Below are positions 20,991 through 30,335 of a stretch of 64,000 nt of DNA, piece by piece. Under the pieces are notes generated by a model. That model worked only from the letters and a program-made list of their open reading frames with translations. It did not search any database and was not told where the DNA came from. The position numbers and the translations under genes were made by a program. The DNA lies in assembly GCA_036229005.1 (NCBI GenBank), contig JAZAMN010000002.1, forward strand, positions 1 through 64,000, written 5' to 3'. Positions within the stretch are counted from its first letter, which is position 1, and each line of letters opens with the position of its first letter. Source of the DNA: Myxococcota bacterium (GTDB lineage: Bacteria; Myxococcota_A; UBA796; CAJQPC01).

Positions 20991-22241
20991 TCAGCTCCTG
21001 GAAGAGGCGGGGCCGACCGTGAAGGCGAGCTGGCCCCAGGGGTAGGATCGGGAAGGGTCGAAGAGGACGCCGCCAGTGAGTCCCAGGCCGGCCTGTAGGC
21101 CCTCGCCGATGTCGAAGAGTGCGTAGCCGACGCCGGCCTGCACGCCCGAGGTGGTGAGGGAGGTGGTCCAGGGGAAGTACTCGCGGTGCTCCTCCTCCAC
21201 CCCAGAAACCCAGGCGCAGCTCGAATCATCCACGCCGTAGGGACACTGGCTGTTGATCTGATCCACGTCGACCACGCCCGAGGCGTTCGCGACGCCGAAG
21301 GCCAGCACACCGCCGGCGTGGACCCAGATGTCGCCGAAGCGCGCGGAGGGCCCGACCATGCCGTAGCCGAGGTGCATGCTGTCGGCCTGGTTGGGCACGC
21401 CGACCAGGTCCTCGCGGTCGCTGGGAGAGTAGAGGTTGTGGTAGCCGACCTGGGCGATCACGCCGAAGCCGCGCTTGAGGCCCAGCTCCACGCCGACCCC
21501 CAGCCGAGCGCCGCCGCCCGAGAAGCTGGGGGGACCGACCAGCCCGTCGTCCTTGGGGGCGCCACCGACGGTGTAGGCCGCGCCCACGTCCAGTCGGGGG
21601 CCGACGTAGGCCAGCGCGGAGCCGCCGCTGTCGCCGCCACCGGGGGAGAGCTTGACCTGCATGTGCTCGCCGTCGCCGGGCTCGACGGTGAACTGCTGGG
21701 TCACGCCGCCGGCCTCCAGAGTGTAGGCCCCGGCGGGCAGAAGGCCCTTGAAGCTGCGGGACTGCTCGAGCTGCTTCTGGGCGAACTCGATGGCCAGGCG
21801 CTGGTCCGGCACAAAGGGCATCGCCTTGGGGGTCAGGGTGGCGACGGACTCCTTGTCCAGCGAGCGCAGGTTCACGGGGCCGTAGCTGGCGTCGATGGCG
21901 GCCAGCCAGGAGGTGGCCTCGTCCCGCGGGTCCTGCGCGATGGCGCCCTCCAGGCGGAAGCGCGTGGCGGCCATGCGCCCCAGGTTCTGCGCGGCCTGCG
22001 CGCCCAGGAACCACTCCTCGTAGGTGATGACCTCGCCCTTCTTCTCGAGCTCGAGCATCTCCTCGAAGCGGTCGTTCACGCCCTGCCAGGCGCCGCGGGC
22101 GGCCAGGCGGGTCATCTCCTCGGAGAGGCGGCGGTGCTCGGCCCGCTCGACGTCACCGGCCTGGGCGACCTGGGGAGCCACGAGGCTCCCGCCCAGCCCA
22201 AAGGTCAGGGCCGCCAGGATGCTGAGCTTGTTGGCGTTCAT
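20991..22241 (-). CDS. Exported hypothetical protein (helical N-terminus, PEGA-like middle, putative beta-barrel C-terminus)
   Basis: Signal peptide ending AQA; YGPVNL...LPAGAYTL (PEGA-like); alternating strands ending WGQLAFTVG. Start MNANK inferred. Confidence 0.7.
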   Translation of the reverse strand: MNANKLSILAALTFGLGGSLVAPQVAQAGDVERAEHRRLSEEMTRLAARGAWQGVNDRFEEMLELEKKGEVITYEEWFLGAQAAQNLGRMAATRFRLEGAIAQDPRDEATSWLAAIDASYGPVNLRSLDKESVATLTPKAMPFVPDQRLAIEFAQKQLEQSRSFKGLLPAGAYTLEAGGVTQQFTVEPGDGEHMQVKLSPGGGDSGGSALAYVGPRLDVGAAYTVGGAPKDDGLVGPPSFSGGGARLGVGVELGLKRGFGVIAQVGYHNLYSPSDREDLVGVPNQADSMHLGYGMVGPSARFGDIWVHAGGVLAFGVANASGVVDVDQINSQCPYGVDDSSCAWVSGVEEEHREYFPWTTSLTTSGVQAGVGYALFDIGEGLQAGLGLTGGVLFDPSRSYPWGQLAFTVGPASSRS

Positions 22242-22249
22242 GGGGTTCC

Positions 22250-23026
22250 TCATGCCGCGTTCCAGGGATCGAAGAGCTGACGCGCGTAGGGGTGGGTGGG
22301 GGTGTCCTGGGGCAGGTTGAGCTCCTCGACGACCCGCCCCTCCAGCATCACCAGGGCCCGATTGGCCCAGCGCCTTGCGGCCGCGAGATCGTGGGTCACA
22401 AGGATACACGCAGCGGTCTCTGGCAGGTTGCCGATCAGGTCCTGGAGCACCGATTCGCGCCGATCCGGCTCCAGGCCCGAGGTCGGCTCGTCCGCGACCA
22501 CCAGCCGGGGGGTCAGCGCCAGCACCCGGGCAAGCGTCACCCGCCGCTGCTCGCCGCCAGACATCTCCCGCGGCAAGGCCCCCAGGCGCTCCCCCAGCCC
22601 CAAGCGGTGCAGCATCGCAGTGGCCTGCTCGGTCGCCGCCCCTCGCTCCAGCCCCTTGAGCACTCGGAGGGTCTCCACCACGTGCTCCAGGGCGGTCTGC
22701 TGGGGGTCCAGCGCGGCCATGGGGTCCTGCGGCACGTACTGGAAGCGCACCCGGTGCGGGAAGCGCTCGCGCTCGCTCATCTGCGACCAGGGCAGCTTGT
22801 CGAGGAGGATCTGCCCGCTGCTGACGGTCTCCAGGCCCAACACCATGCGCGAGACGGTGGTCTTCCCCGAGCCGGACTGGCCGACCAAGGCGAGGACCTC
22901 GCCGGCGCGGATCTGCGTGTTGAAGTCGATCACCGCGTCCACCTGGGAGGTGGGCGACCAGGGCCAGGGCCCCGGGATCTGGAAGGTCTTGTTCAGACCC
23001 TGGATGTCGACGACGACCTCGCTCAC
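22250..23026 (-). CDS. Peptide/nickel ABC transporter ATP-binding protein (OppF/DppF-like)
   Basis: GQSGSGKT, QDP, MSGGEQRR, VADEPTSGL, VTHDL, HPY. Confidence 0.92.
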   Translation of the reverse strand: MSEVVVDIQGLNKTFQIPGPWPWSPTSQVDAVIDFNTQIRAGEVLALVGQSGSGKTTVSRMVLGLETVSSGQILLDKLPWSQMSERERFPHRVRFQYVPQDPMAALDPQQTALEHVVETLRVLKGLERGAATEQATAMLHRLGLGERLGALPREMSGGEQRRVTLARVLALTPRLVVADEPTSGLEPDRRESVLQDLIGNLPETAACILVTHDLAAARRWANRALVMLEGRVVEELNLPQDTPTHPYARQLFDPWNAA

Positions 23027-23742
23027 GTGCCCCTCCCCGGCAGGTGGACCACGCGGTCGGCGACCCGGTCCACGGTGTCCTGGTGGTGGGAGATCAGCAG
23101 CATGCCGCAGCCCTTGTCCCGGGCCACGTCGATCATCAGCTCGATGATCTGCCGCGTGAGCACGGGGTCCAGGCCGGTCTCGGGCTCATCGGCGATCAGG
23201 ACCTGGGGCAGCGGTGCGACGGCGATGGCCAGGGCGGCCCGCTGGTTCATTCCGCCGGAGAGCTCGGAGGGCAGGGAGCCGGCGGCCTGGGCGGGAAGCC
23301 CCACGTCGTCCAGGATCTCGCGGATGGCCTTGCCCATGTCCGCGGGCTTCTCCTTGCGGCGGAGCACGGCGAGCTCGAGCTGACGCCCCACGGTGCGCCC
23401 GGGGTTGAGCGCGGAGGACGCCGCCTGGGGCGAGTAGGTCACGTAGGCCCCCCGGAGAGGAGCGGTCTGTCGGAGCAGCTTGCGCTGGGCCCTCACCCCT
23501 CGGACACCCTGGTACCAGTCCTTCTCGGAGTGGGCTGGGTAGACGAGGGAACCCTTCTGCAGACCAGGGTCCACATCGAGCACCCCCATGCAGGCCCGGG
23601 CGCTGAGGCTCTTGCCGCTGCCTGAAGGGCCCATCACGGCGGTGATCTCGCCGGCGAACACGTCGATGCTGACGCCCTCGACCAGGGTGCGCTGGGGGGT
23701 GCGGATGCAGAGATCCCGCAGCTTGAGCAGGTGCTTGCTCAT
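23023..23742 (-). CDS. Peptide/nickel ABC transporter ATP-binding protein (OppD/DppD-like)
   Basis: GPSGSGKS, SALNP, ELSGGMNQR, IADEPETGLD. Confidence 0.92.
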   Translation of the reverse strand: MSKHLLKLRDLCIRTPQRTLVEGVSIDVFAGEITAVMGPSGSGKSLSARACMGVLDVDPGLQKGSLVYPAHSEKDWYQGVRGVRAQRKLLRQTAPLRGAYVTYSPQAASSALNPGRTVGRQLELAVLRRKEKPADMGKAIREILDDVGLPAQAAGSLPSELSGGMNQRAALAIAVAPLPQVLIADEPETGLDPVLTRQIIELMIDVARDKGCGMLLISHHQDTVDRVADRVVHLPGRGT

Positions 23743-24557
23743 CGGGCCCTCGCTGCGCGGTTGACGAGCACGCCCATGACCGCGACCACCCCGACCAGCC
23801 CCAGGCCCAGCACGAGGGCGTGGCCGCTGGGGACCTCGAGGAAGTAGCCGTACCCCATGTAGAGCAGGTCGGCCCAGGAGCGCGTGGAGTCGCCGTGGGT
23901 GAAGCTGGGCTCGGAGTCCTGGACGGCCAGGTAGGACAGGCCCAGCTCCAGGAACACCACCTGCACCAGGGTGTCGACGCCCTGGCGGACGACGACGGGG
24001 CGCAGGTTCAGTCCCACGATGTGGAAGAGGTAGATGCGGAAGGCCGAGAAGCCGTGGGCGCGCAGGGCCTCGACGAAGCGGGCGCCGCCCAGGCGGCCAG
24101 CGACCGCGGCGGCCTCGTCCATGGCGCCGGGCGCAGAGAGCAGGGCCCAGGTCAACGCGATGGGCAGCAGCGAGCGCGACTCCTTGGGGAGCAGCAGCGC
24201 CACGACCAGCACCACCACCATGCGGGGCAGCGCACCGACCAGCTCGCCGAAGGCCTGGACGGCGGCCTCCAGGCGGGGCATCTCCAGGCAGGCGAGCACG
24301 CCGCCCAGCACCCCGAAGAAGGCCACGACCAGCCCGGCGACCAGGCTGGGGCCCGCGACGACCGCCGCCCCCTGCATGGCGTAGCGAGACAGCGGATAGC
24401 CGGCGCGGTCGGTGCCGAAGAGGGACCCCGGGCTGCCGAAGCCCAGCCAGGCGTCCAGCGACTCGCCGTCCGCCAGGTGCTCGGGGGCGAACAGCCCCGG
24501 GACGAAGAGCAGCGCGAAGCAGAGCAGCGCCGCGATGGCCAGCAGCTTGCGCTTCAT
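23739..24557 (-). CDS. ABC transporter permease (OppC/DppC-like)
   Basis: LFGTDRAG, EAA loop FVEALRAHG, ELGLSYL. Confidence 0.88.
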   Translation of the reverse strand: MKRKLLAIAALLCFALLFVPGLFAPEHLADGESLDAWLGFGSPGSLFGTDRAGYPLSRYAMQGAAVVAGPSLVAGLVVAFFGVLGGVLACLEMPRLEAAVQAFGELVGALPRMVVVLVVALLLPKESRSLLPIALTWALLSAPGAMDEAAAVAGRLGGARFVEALRAHGFSAFRIYLFHIVGLNLRPVVVRQGVDTLVQVVFLELGLSYLAVQDSEPSFTHGDSTRSWADLLYMGYGYFLEVPSGHALVLGLGLVGVVAVMGVLVNRAARAR

Positions 24558-25474
24558 GCGGCCACCTGGGGGCTGCGCCGGACGTGCAGGGCCACGCCGA
24601 TCTCGATGAGGGCCTGGAGCAGCAGCATGCCGGCCGACAGCAGCGCGAAGCCGAAGGCCGCGGCCAGCACGACCGCGAAGTCCTGGGACAGGGTGCCCTG
24701 CCAGATCAGATCGCCCATGCCGTCGATCCTGACGATGACCTCGACGATGACCGAGCCGCTCAACAGAGCCAGCAGGCGGGCACGCATCTGCCCGGCCAGG
24801 GCGGGCAGGATGTTGGGGAGGGCGTTGGAGAGCTCCCCCTCCCCCCTCAGAATCGCCATCTGCACGTAGCGCTGGGTGCGCTCGGACTCGGTGATGCCGC
24901 GCACGCCAATGACCGCGCCCGAGAGCGCCGCGTCCGCGAGCCCCAGGACCAGGGCGCCCAGCAGCAGCTTCACGCGCATGGCCTCGGGGTCATAGGCCAT
25001 CGCGCCGTACTCCAGGGTGACCCAGGCGGCGGCCAGCAGCGCGAGCACGACCGCAGGCACCAGGCCCACCGCGCTCAGCGCGTTGTCCACCCACTTGGGG
25101 ATGGCGCGGGTCGCGGCCCCGACGGCACCGAGCAGCAGCGGAATGAAGGCCAGGCCCACCAGCGCAGCGGTCCGGGGGACGGACTCCCAGAGCAGGTCCG
25201 CCACCGGGAAGCCCGTCTGCATGCGCCAGGAGTTGCCGAAGTCGCCCTGCAGGGCGCCGGCCAGCCAGTGCTTGTAGAAGGCCCAGGCGCCCTGATCCAG
25301 GTGCCAGGCGCGGGCCAGCTCCTCGGTGCCGCCGCAGATCTCGGGCGGACACACGATGGACGCTGGGTCCCCCGGGAGGGCCCAGATGAACGCGGTGATC
25401 ACGGCCGGCACCGCCAGAGGCAGCAGCAGGGCCGAGATCAACCGGATCAGGGGACGGATCCACCAGCGCTTCAT
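24554..25474 (-). CDS. ABC transporter permease (OppB/DppB-like)
   Basis: LPGDPA, GDFGNS, YVQMAILRG, SGSVIVE..GMG..QD. Start uncertain (25474 or 25507). Confidence 0.88.
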   Translation of the reverse strand: MKRWWIRPLIRLISALLLPLAVPAVITAFIWALPGDPASIVCPPEICGGTEELARAWHLDQGAWAFYKHWLAGALQGDFGNSWRMQTGFPVADLLWESVPRTAALVGLAFIPLLLGAVGAATRAIPKWVDNALSAVGLVPAVVLALLAAAWVTLEYGAMAYDPEAMRVKLLLGALVLGLADAALSGAVIGVRGITESERTQRYVQMAILRGEGELSNALPNILPALAGQMRARLLALLSGSVIVEVIVRIDGMGDLIWQGTLSQDFAVVLAAAFGFALLSAGMLLLQALIEIGVALHVRRSPQVAA

Positions 25475-25525
25475 CAGCTTCCTGTGGGACGTGGGGGGCT
25501 CGGGCAAGCTCCCCTGCCCTTGGCA

Positions 25526-27097
25526 TCAGCCGCCGTACTTCCAGCTGTCGAAGGCGGTCCAGTAGTAGTAGGGCGAGATGGTGTTGGAGCGCACCTCGGT
25601 CCGCCAGGCGCTCTTGGTGTCGAGCTTCCACAGGAAGAGGTAGGGCAGCTCGTCGTTCAGCTTCTCGTGCAGCTTGTGGTACGCGTCGCGGGCCTGCGTC
25701 TGGGTCTTGGCGGCGTCGTACTGCGCCAGCAGCGCGTCCACCTGGGCGTTGGAGAAGCCGAAGATGTTGAAGGCGCCGCGGCCATCCTTGCGGGTGTGGA
25801 AGAGCGGGTTGACGTCCTCGACCAGGCCGAAGGACCACTTGCCGACGATCAGGTCGTAGTCGGTGGCCTTGCCGGTGAGCACCTCCCGGTTCCAGTCGTC
25901 CGTGGTGATCTTGAACTCCTGGCGGTCAAAGCCGGCCTCACCGAGCTGGTTGCCCACCTGGGAGAGCAGGTCCGGCGCCTCGTTGTCCAGGGGGGCCTTG
26001 ATGCCGATGCGCAGGGAGATGGGCTGGCCGTTGTAGTGCCAGCGGCCGCCCTGCTGGTCCAGGCCCGCGGACATGAGCAGCGCGGTGGCCTTGTCCAGGT
26101 CGGAGGTGGGCTGCACCTCGACGCTGCGGTTGTAGTAGGGGCTGGTCTGGACGAAGGGCCCGGAGATGAACTCGCAGGGGCTGTTGCGCTCGTCCGGGCC
26201 GACGCCGATGGACTTCTCCCGCAGCTCGTTGCGGTCCAGCACCAGGTTCAGGGCCTGCCGGACGCGCTTGTCCTTGAGGTAGGGCTTGTCCTGGTTCACC
26301 GCGACGAACCACCAGCTCCGCAGGTCGTAGCCCTTGAGGGTGAGCTCATCCGAGGCCGACACGTCCGCGCGGTAGTTCGGCGGGACGGCGACGATGCCCT
26401 GCACGCCGTTGGACACCAGGGTGCGGACCTGGACCAGGGGGTCGTTGCCCTCCTGCAGGGTCATCCCGTCGATCCGGGCGTCGTGGTGGCCGTTCTTGAC
26501 CTTCTCGAAGGTCACGCCGCGGCGGCCCTTGGAGCCCTTGAGGGGGCCGGTGCCGGTGGGCTGCTGCGCGAAGGGGTTGTCCGGCGTGATGGCCGTTCCC
26601 TGGAACACGTGCTGAGGCAGCACCGCGAAGCCCAGGCGCATCTGCGGGTTGTGGAAGATCCGCGTGAACTGGACCTTGGCCTCGCTCTTGGAGACGACCT
26701 CGCAGCCCGCGAAGATGGCCCGCTGCTTCTCGGCGATGGGGCTCGGGGTCCCCGGGTCCAGCATCACGTTGATCGTGAAGCAGACATCGTCCGCGGTCAT
26801 GCTGGAGCCGTCATGCCACTTCACGCTCTTGTTGAGCTTGAGGGTCACGGCCTTGCCGCCGTCGGCCAGCTCGTAGCTGTCCACGATGCGGGAGGTCAGC
26901 TCATTGGTGACCGGATCGTGGAAGTAGAGCCGGTCGAACACCAGCTCGTGGACCCGGTTGTCGACCATGGACTGCGCGAACAGCGGGTTCATGGTGGACG
27001 GCAGGGACTCTTCGTAGAAGGTCACCGAAGCGCCGGTGGACAGGGCCAGTGCGGCCAGTCCAACGGTCATGCCAAGGAGTCTGCGGCGATCGCTCAT
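25526..27097 (-). CDS. ABC transporter substrate-binding protein, family 5
   Basis: VKWHDG..TADDV.FT, PTGTGP, DKRVRQAL, FSNAQVDALL, ELPYLFL. Confidence 0.93.
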   Translation of the reverse strand: MSDRRRLLGMTVGLAALALSTGASVTFYEESLPSTMNPLFAQSMVDNRVHELVFDRLYFHDPVTNELTSRIVDSYELADGGKAVTLKLNKSVKWHDGSSMTADDVCFTINVMLDPGTPSPIAEKQRAIFAGCEVVSKSEAKVQFTRIFHNPQMRLGFAVLPQHVFQGTAITPDNPFAQQPTGTGPLKGSKGRRGVTFEKVKNGHHDARIDGMTLQEGNDPLVQVRTLVSNGVQGIVAVPPNYRADVSASDELTLKGYDLRSWWFVAVNQDKPYLKDKRVRQALNLVLDRNELREKSIGVGPDERNSPCEFISGPFVQTSPYYNRSVEVQPTSDLDKATALLMSAGLDQQGGRWHYNGQPISLRIGIKAPLDNEAPDLLSQVGNQLGEAGFDRQEFKITTDDWNREVLTGKATDYDLIVGKWSFGLVEDVNPLFHTRKDGRGAFNIFGFSNAQVDALLAQYDAAKTQTQARDAYHKLHEKLNDELPYLFLWKLDTKSAWRTEVRSNTISPYYYWTAFDSWKYGG

Positions 27098-27111
27098 CGA
27101 GATGTCTCCGA

Positions 27112-28455
27112 TCAGTGCATGGGCAGCGCGGGGCCGGCGTCACGGCTCACGCGCAGGTGCAGGGCGTCCAGGCTCACGCGTACCGAGTCCATGCCCGGGA
27201 CCACGTGGGTCTGCTGGTGAAGCAACTCCTGGGCCCGCACCGCATTCCGCGTGCTGGCGTCCCAGGAGGCCTGGTAGAGAAGGTGGGTGGGGTCCTGGGC
27301 CGCGTCCACGCTGCGGTCCAGCGCGTTGATGCGGAGCAGGGCGGCCGTGCGCTCATCCCCAGCGGCCAGTGCAGCCCGAGCGCCCCCCCAGAGCACGGCG
27401 GCCTGGGCGATGCGGGCGTAGCTGCGGTGGTCCACGGACTCGGCGCCGGCGGCAGCGGCCATTGCGGCCAGCAGGGGGTCATCCGCCACGGCGGCGGCGT
27501 CCACCACACACTGCGGGTCCACCGCCTTGTCCTGGATGCAGGGCCCGAGGAGGAAGGCAACCAGGCTGTCCGAGGCATGTCGGTCCACCGCTCCCAGATC
27601 CCCGGCAGCCAGCTCACTGGCCAGAGCCAGGTCCCCCGGCGAGGTCCACGAGGACAGGAACAGCACCTCGAGCGGCAGCTCCGCCGGGATGTCCGTGCCG
27701 AACTCACCGAGCTTGGACTCGATGGGCAGGCGCCAAGGAGCGAGCAGCGCGTCGGCGATGGCCTGCCCCTGGGGGTCGGCAGCTACAGCCGCCTGGGCGT
27801 GCCATTGCGCGAGCTGCAGGGTCGCGGTGGGGTCCGCCAGGTCCATCTGGGCGTCACCCACGGCCTCCTTCACGGAGTAGACCGCCGCGGACGGGTAGTC
27901 CGCGACGCTGCCGCTCTGGACCTCGGGCAGGGGGTAGATGGCGGGCCCGGGGGAGGACCACTTGCTGGCCACGCTGCCCAGCTCCCCACCGACCTGGGTG
28001 GAGAAGTCGCCGGACACCCCGCGGAGCTCACTGGCCACCGCGAGGACAACGAGGCTCTCTGCCGGGTCGGACTCCCGACGCTGCTCGGCGGAGAAGGTCT
28101 GCTCGATGCTCTGCGCCTGCAGCATGGCCGCCTGGCGGTAGACCGCGGCGGACTCCGCGTGCAGGCGGGCCAGCAGCGGCCCCTGGGCCTTGGGGATGGC
28201 CTCGGCGTAGTCGCGGTTGTAGACCTGCTGCCAGGGCCCCTGCCCCATCAGCTCGTCCTGTACGCCGGGCTTGGCGACCTGCACCATCCAGGTCCCCTGG
28301 ATCAGCTCCGCGGGGATCTCGACGGCGGCCTGGGTCGGCGCCTGCGCAGGCTCAACCTGCCCATTGTCCGGCTCGCCGCTGCACGCGACCGCCAGCCCAG
28401 AGGCCAGCAGCGCGGCAGCCAGCCGGCCGCTCTGCAAGGTGCGGTGCATGCTCAT
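27112..28455 (-). CDS. Hypothetical helical lipoprotein
   Basis: Leader ending LAVAC; ATGA overlap with the upstream stop; Ala-rich helical body. Confidence 0.72.
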   Translation of the reverse strand: MSMHRTLQSGRLAAALLASGLAVACSGEPDNGQVEPAQAPTQAAVEIPAELIQGTWMVQVAKPGVQDELMGQGPWQQVYNRDYAEAIPKAQGPLLARLHAESAAVYRQAAMLQAQSIEQTFSAEQRRESDPAESLVVLAVASELRGVSGDFSTQVGGELGSVASKWSSPGPAIYPLPEVQSGSVADYPSAAVYSVKEAVGDAQMDLADPTATLQLAQWHAQAAVAADPQGQAIADALLAPWRLPIESKLGEFGTDIPAELPLEVLFLSSWTSPGDLALASELAAGDLGAVDRHASDSLVAFLLGPCIQDKAVDPQCVVDAAAVADDPLLAAMAAAAGAESVDHRSYARIAQAAVLWGGARAALAAGDERTAALLRINALDRSVDAAQDPTHLLYQASWDASTRNAVRAQELLHQQTHVVPGMDSVRVSLDALHLRVSRDAGPALPMH

Positions 28456-29873
28456 TCCTTGCAGAACTTCTTGCTGCCCGCGGCGGACACGCACAGGGCC
28501 ATGGGCTTCTGCACGTCCTGACCGCTGACCCGGGCGTAGTCCAGCCACTCGCGGGAGTAGTCCTTGGCCATGCCGCGGTACTTCTCCTCCTTGGCGGCCC
28601 ACTCATCGCGGTCCGCGCCGGCGTCCACCAGGTTCTCGTTGGCGTCCTCCCACAGCTTCATCGCGGCCTCGGCCTTGAGCTGGTAGAGCGCGTAGACGCG
28701 GGTCTTGTAGGTGGTGCCGGACCACTGGCTCTTGTTCTCGAGCGCGTAGTCGGACCACTTGATGACGCCCCAGGCGCGCCCGACGCCGCCGCGGGACAGG
28801 TGCTGGGCGTACTTGAAGCACAGGTTGGGATCGGAGCGGTCGAACTGCTCCAGGTGGCGGCGCGCCAGCTTCTCCCACTCCTTGCGGTTGCCGGAGGCCT
28901 CCGCGTTGATCAGCAGCACGCGGCTGATCTTGTCCTTCTGGGTGATGGTGGACGCGGAGGAGATGCGCCCCTCCAGGCACACCTTCTGGCTCTCGGAGAG
29001 CTTGCCCATCAGCGCGGCGGGCTCCAGCGCGACGAGGTCATCGCAGCCAGCCGGCTGCGCGGGGCGCCGCTCCGGGGTGCTCATCTCGGCGACCGTGGGC
29101 TCCTCGACCGGGTCCGGCTCGCTGGTGCGCGCGGTCTCGGTGGTGTCGGGGGCCGGGTCCTTGACCGTGGTGGGCTCCTCGGTGCCGCGGCGGGTGCTCC
29201 CGGTCCCGACCGTGGCGGTGGGCTCGGGGTCCGGCTCCACAAAGGTGGAGGTCGTCGGGGTGGGCTCCGGGTCACCTCGTCGGGAGCTGCCGGTGCCTAC
29301 GGTGGTCGTGGGCTCCGGATCCGGGTCGGTGTAGGTCGGCGTGGGGTCGGGATCCGCACCTCGCCGGTCCCCCGTCCCCACGGTGGTGGTGGGCTCCGGG
29401 TCAGGGTCGCCTCGGCGACCGGAGCTGCCGATGGGCTCGTCGATCGGGTCGGGATCCGCGACGGGCTCCGGGTCGTTGTCGACCACCGCGGGTGCGGAGC
29501 CGGTGTCCTGGGTGGCCGCAGGCGGGTCCTGGGGCTCCCGGACGGGGGGCTCGGGGGCGGCTGCGACGGCGGGGAGCTCGCCCGTGTACTGGGACAGCGG
29601 GGTGAAGGGCGAGAAGCCCGGGCCGGCCTCCAGGTCGAACCAGCCGACGCGCAGGTCCGCGGGCATGGGGCGGCCAGCGCTGTCGGTCACGGGCTGCTTG
29701 GAGAGCTCGCTGCCATCCACGAGGCAGCCGGCCCAGCCGTCCGCGCAGGGGGTGGGTCGGTCCGCGCCGATCAGGCCGTCCAGCGCGGAGCCGGAGGCGG
29801 CCCAGGCCAGTCCGGTGATCCCCAGACCAGCCAACAGCAGAGAGGCCCCGGTGAGTGCGGTGCGTGCGTTCAT
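28452..29873 (-). CDS. Exported Pro/Thr-rich repeat protein with Cys-containing helical C-terminal domain
   Basis: Signal peptide, small Cys-pair N-domain, long PT/DPEP linker, ~190 aa globular C-terminus with biased codons. Confidence 0.8.
   Translation of the reverse strand: MNARTALTGASLLLAGLGITGLAWAASGSALDGLIGADRPTPCADGWAGCLVDGSELSKQPVTDSAGRPMPADLRVGWFDLEAGPGFSPFTPLSQYTGELPAVAAAPEPPVREPQDPPAATQDTGSAPAVVDNDPEPVADPDPIDEPIGSSGRRGDPDPEPTTTVGTGDRRGADPDPTPTYTDPDPEPTTTVGTGSSRRGDPEPTPTTSTFVEPDPEPTATVGTGSTRRGTEEPTTVKDPAPDTTETARTSEPDPVEEPTVAEMSTPERRPAQPAGCDDLVALEPAALMGKLSESQKVCLEGRISSASTITQKDKISRVLLINAEASGNRKEWEKLARRHLEQFDRSDPNLCFKYAQHLSRGGVGRAWGVIKWSDYALENKSQWSGTTYKTRVYALYQLKAEAAMKLWEDANENLVDAGADRDEWAAKEEKYRGMAKDYSREWLDYARVSGQDVQKPMALCVSAAGSKKFCKE
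29160..29460 (-). repeat. Intragenic imperfect tandem repeats (PDPEPT.TVGTG..RRG, about 3-4 copies)
   Basis: DPDPEPTTTVGTGDRRG / DPDPEPTTTVGTGSSRRG / EPDPEPTATVGTGSTRRG. Boundaries approximate. Confidence 0.8.
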
Positions 29874-29882
29874 TGGGGGCTC

Positions 29883-30335
29883 CTAGTTGGCCGGGCCAGC
29901 GCCGCCTTCGTCCCGGGGGACGTCGCGGCCAAAGGACATCATGGGCTCGTCGATCTCGCCGGAGTCGTACTCCAGCTCGTTGAGGGTGACCTTGATGTCG
30001 TTCCCTCGGCGCTCGACCTGGTAGCTGACCACGGTGGTCTCGTAGCCAGGCGCGCTGACCTCGAAGACCAGGATCTCACCGACCACGAAGTAGAGCGGGC
30101 TGCCGTCGGGCAGGTAGAGGACCTCGTCCTCCCAGGTGCCGTCCACGGAGTTGACGCGGTGGCGGTCGGCCTCATCGGGGTGACGGATGACCGCGGTGGA
30201 GACGGGCTGCCCCTGGGGGTCGATGACCTGCACACGCACGCGCTTGCCCTCGCCTGACTTGGAGCCGGCCATGGCCGGGGCGGCGAAGAAGAGGAAGAGG
30301 CTGCTGAGGAGGATGTAGAAGCGGCGCATGCTCAC
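29883..30335 (-). CDS. Exported protein, carboxypeptidase-regulatory/prealbumin-like fold
   Basis: Signal peptide; VQVIDPQGQPVSTAVI, VSAPGYE, IKVTL pattern. Confidence 0.75.
   Translation of the reverse strand: MSMRRFYILLSSLFLFFAAPAMAGSKSGEGKRVRVQVIDPQGQPVSTAVIRHPDEADRHRVNSVDGTWEDEVLYLPDGSPLYFVVGEILVFEVSAPGYETTVVSYQVERRGNDIKVTLNELEYDSGEIDEPMMSFGRDVPRDEGGAGPAN

Noticed and set aside
29160..29460. Possible CRISPR array
   Set aside because: Repeats are in-frame, vary at synonymous positions, lack unique spacers, and there are no cas genes.
27369..30257. 962 aa plus-strand ORF (and similar ones at 24584-27220 and 31568-34405)
   Set aside because: Antisense shadows of motif-supported genes.
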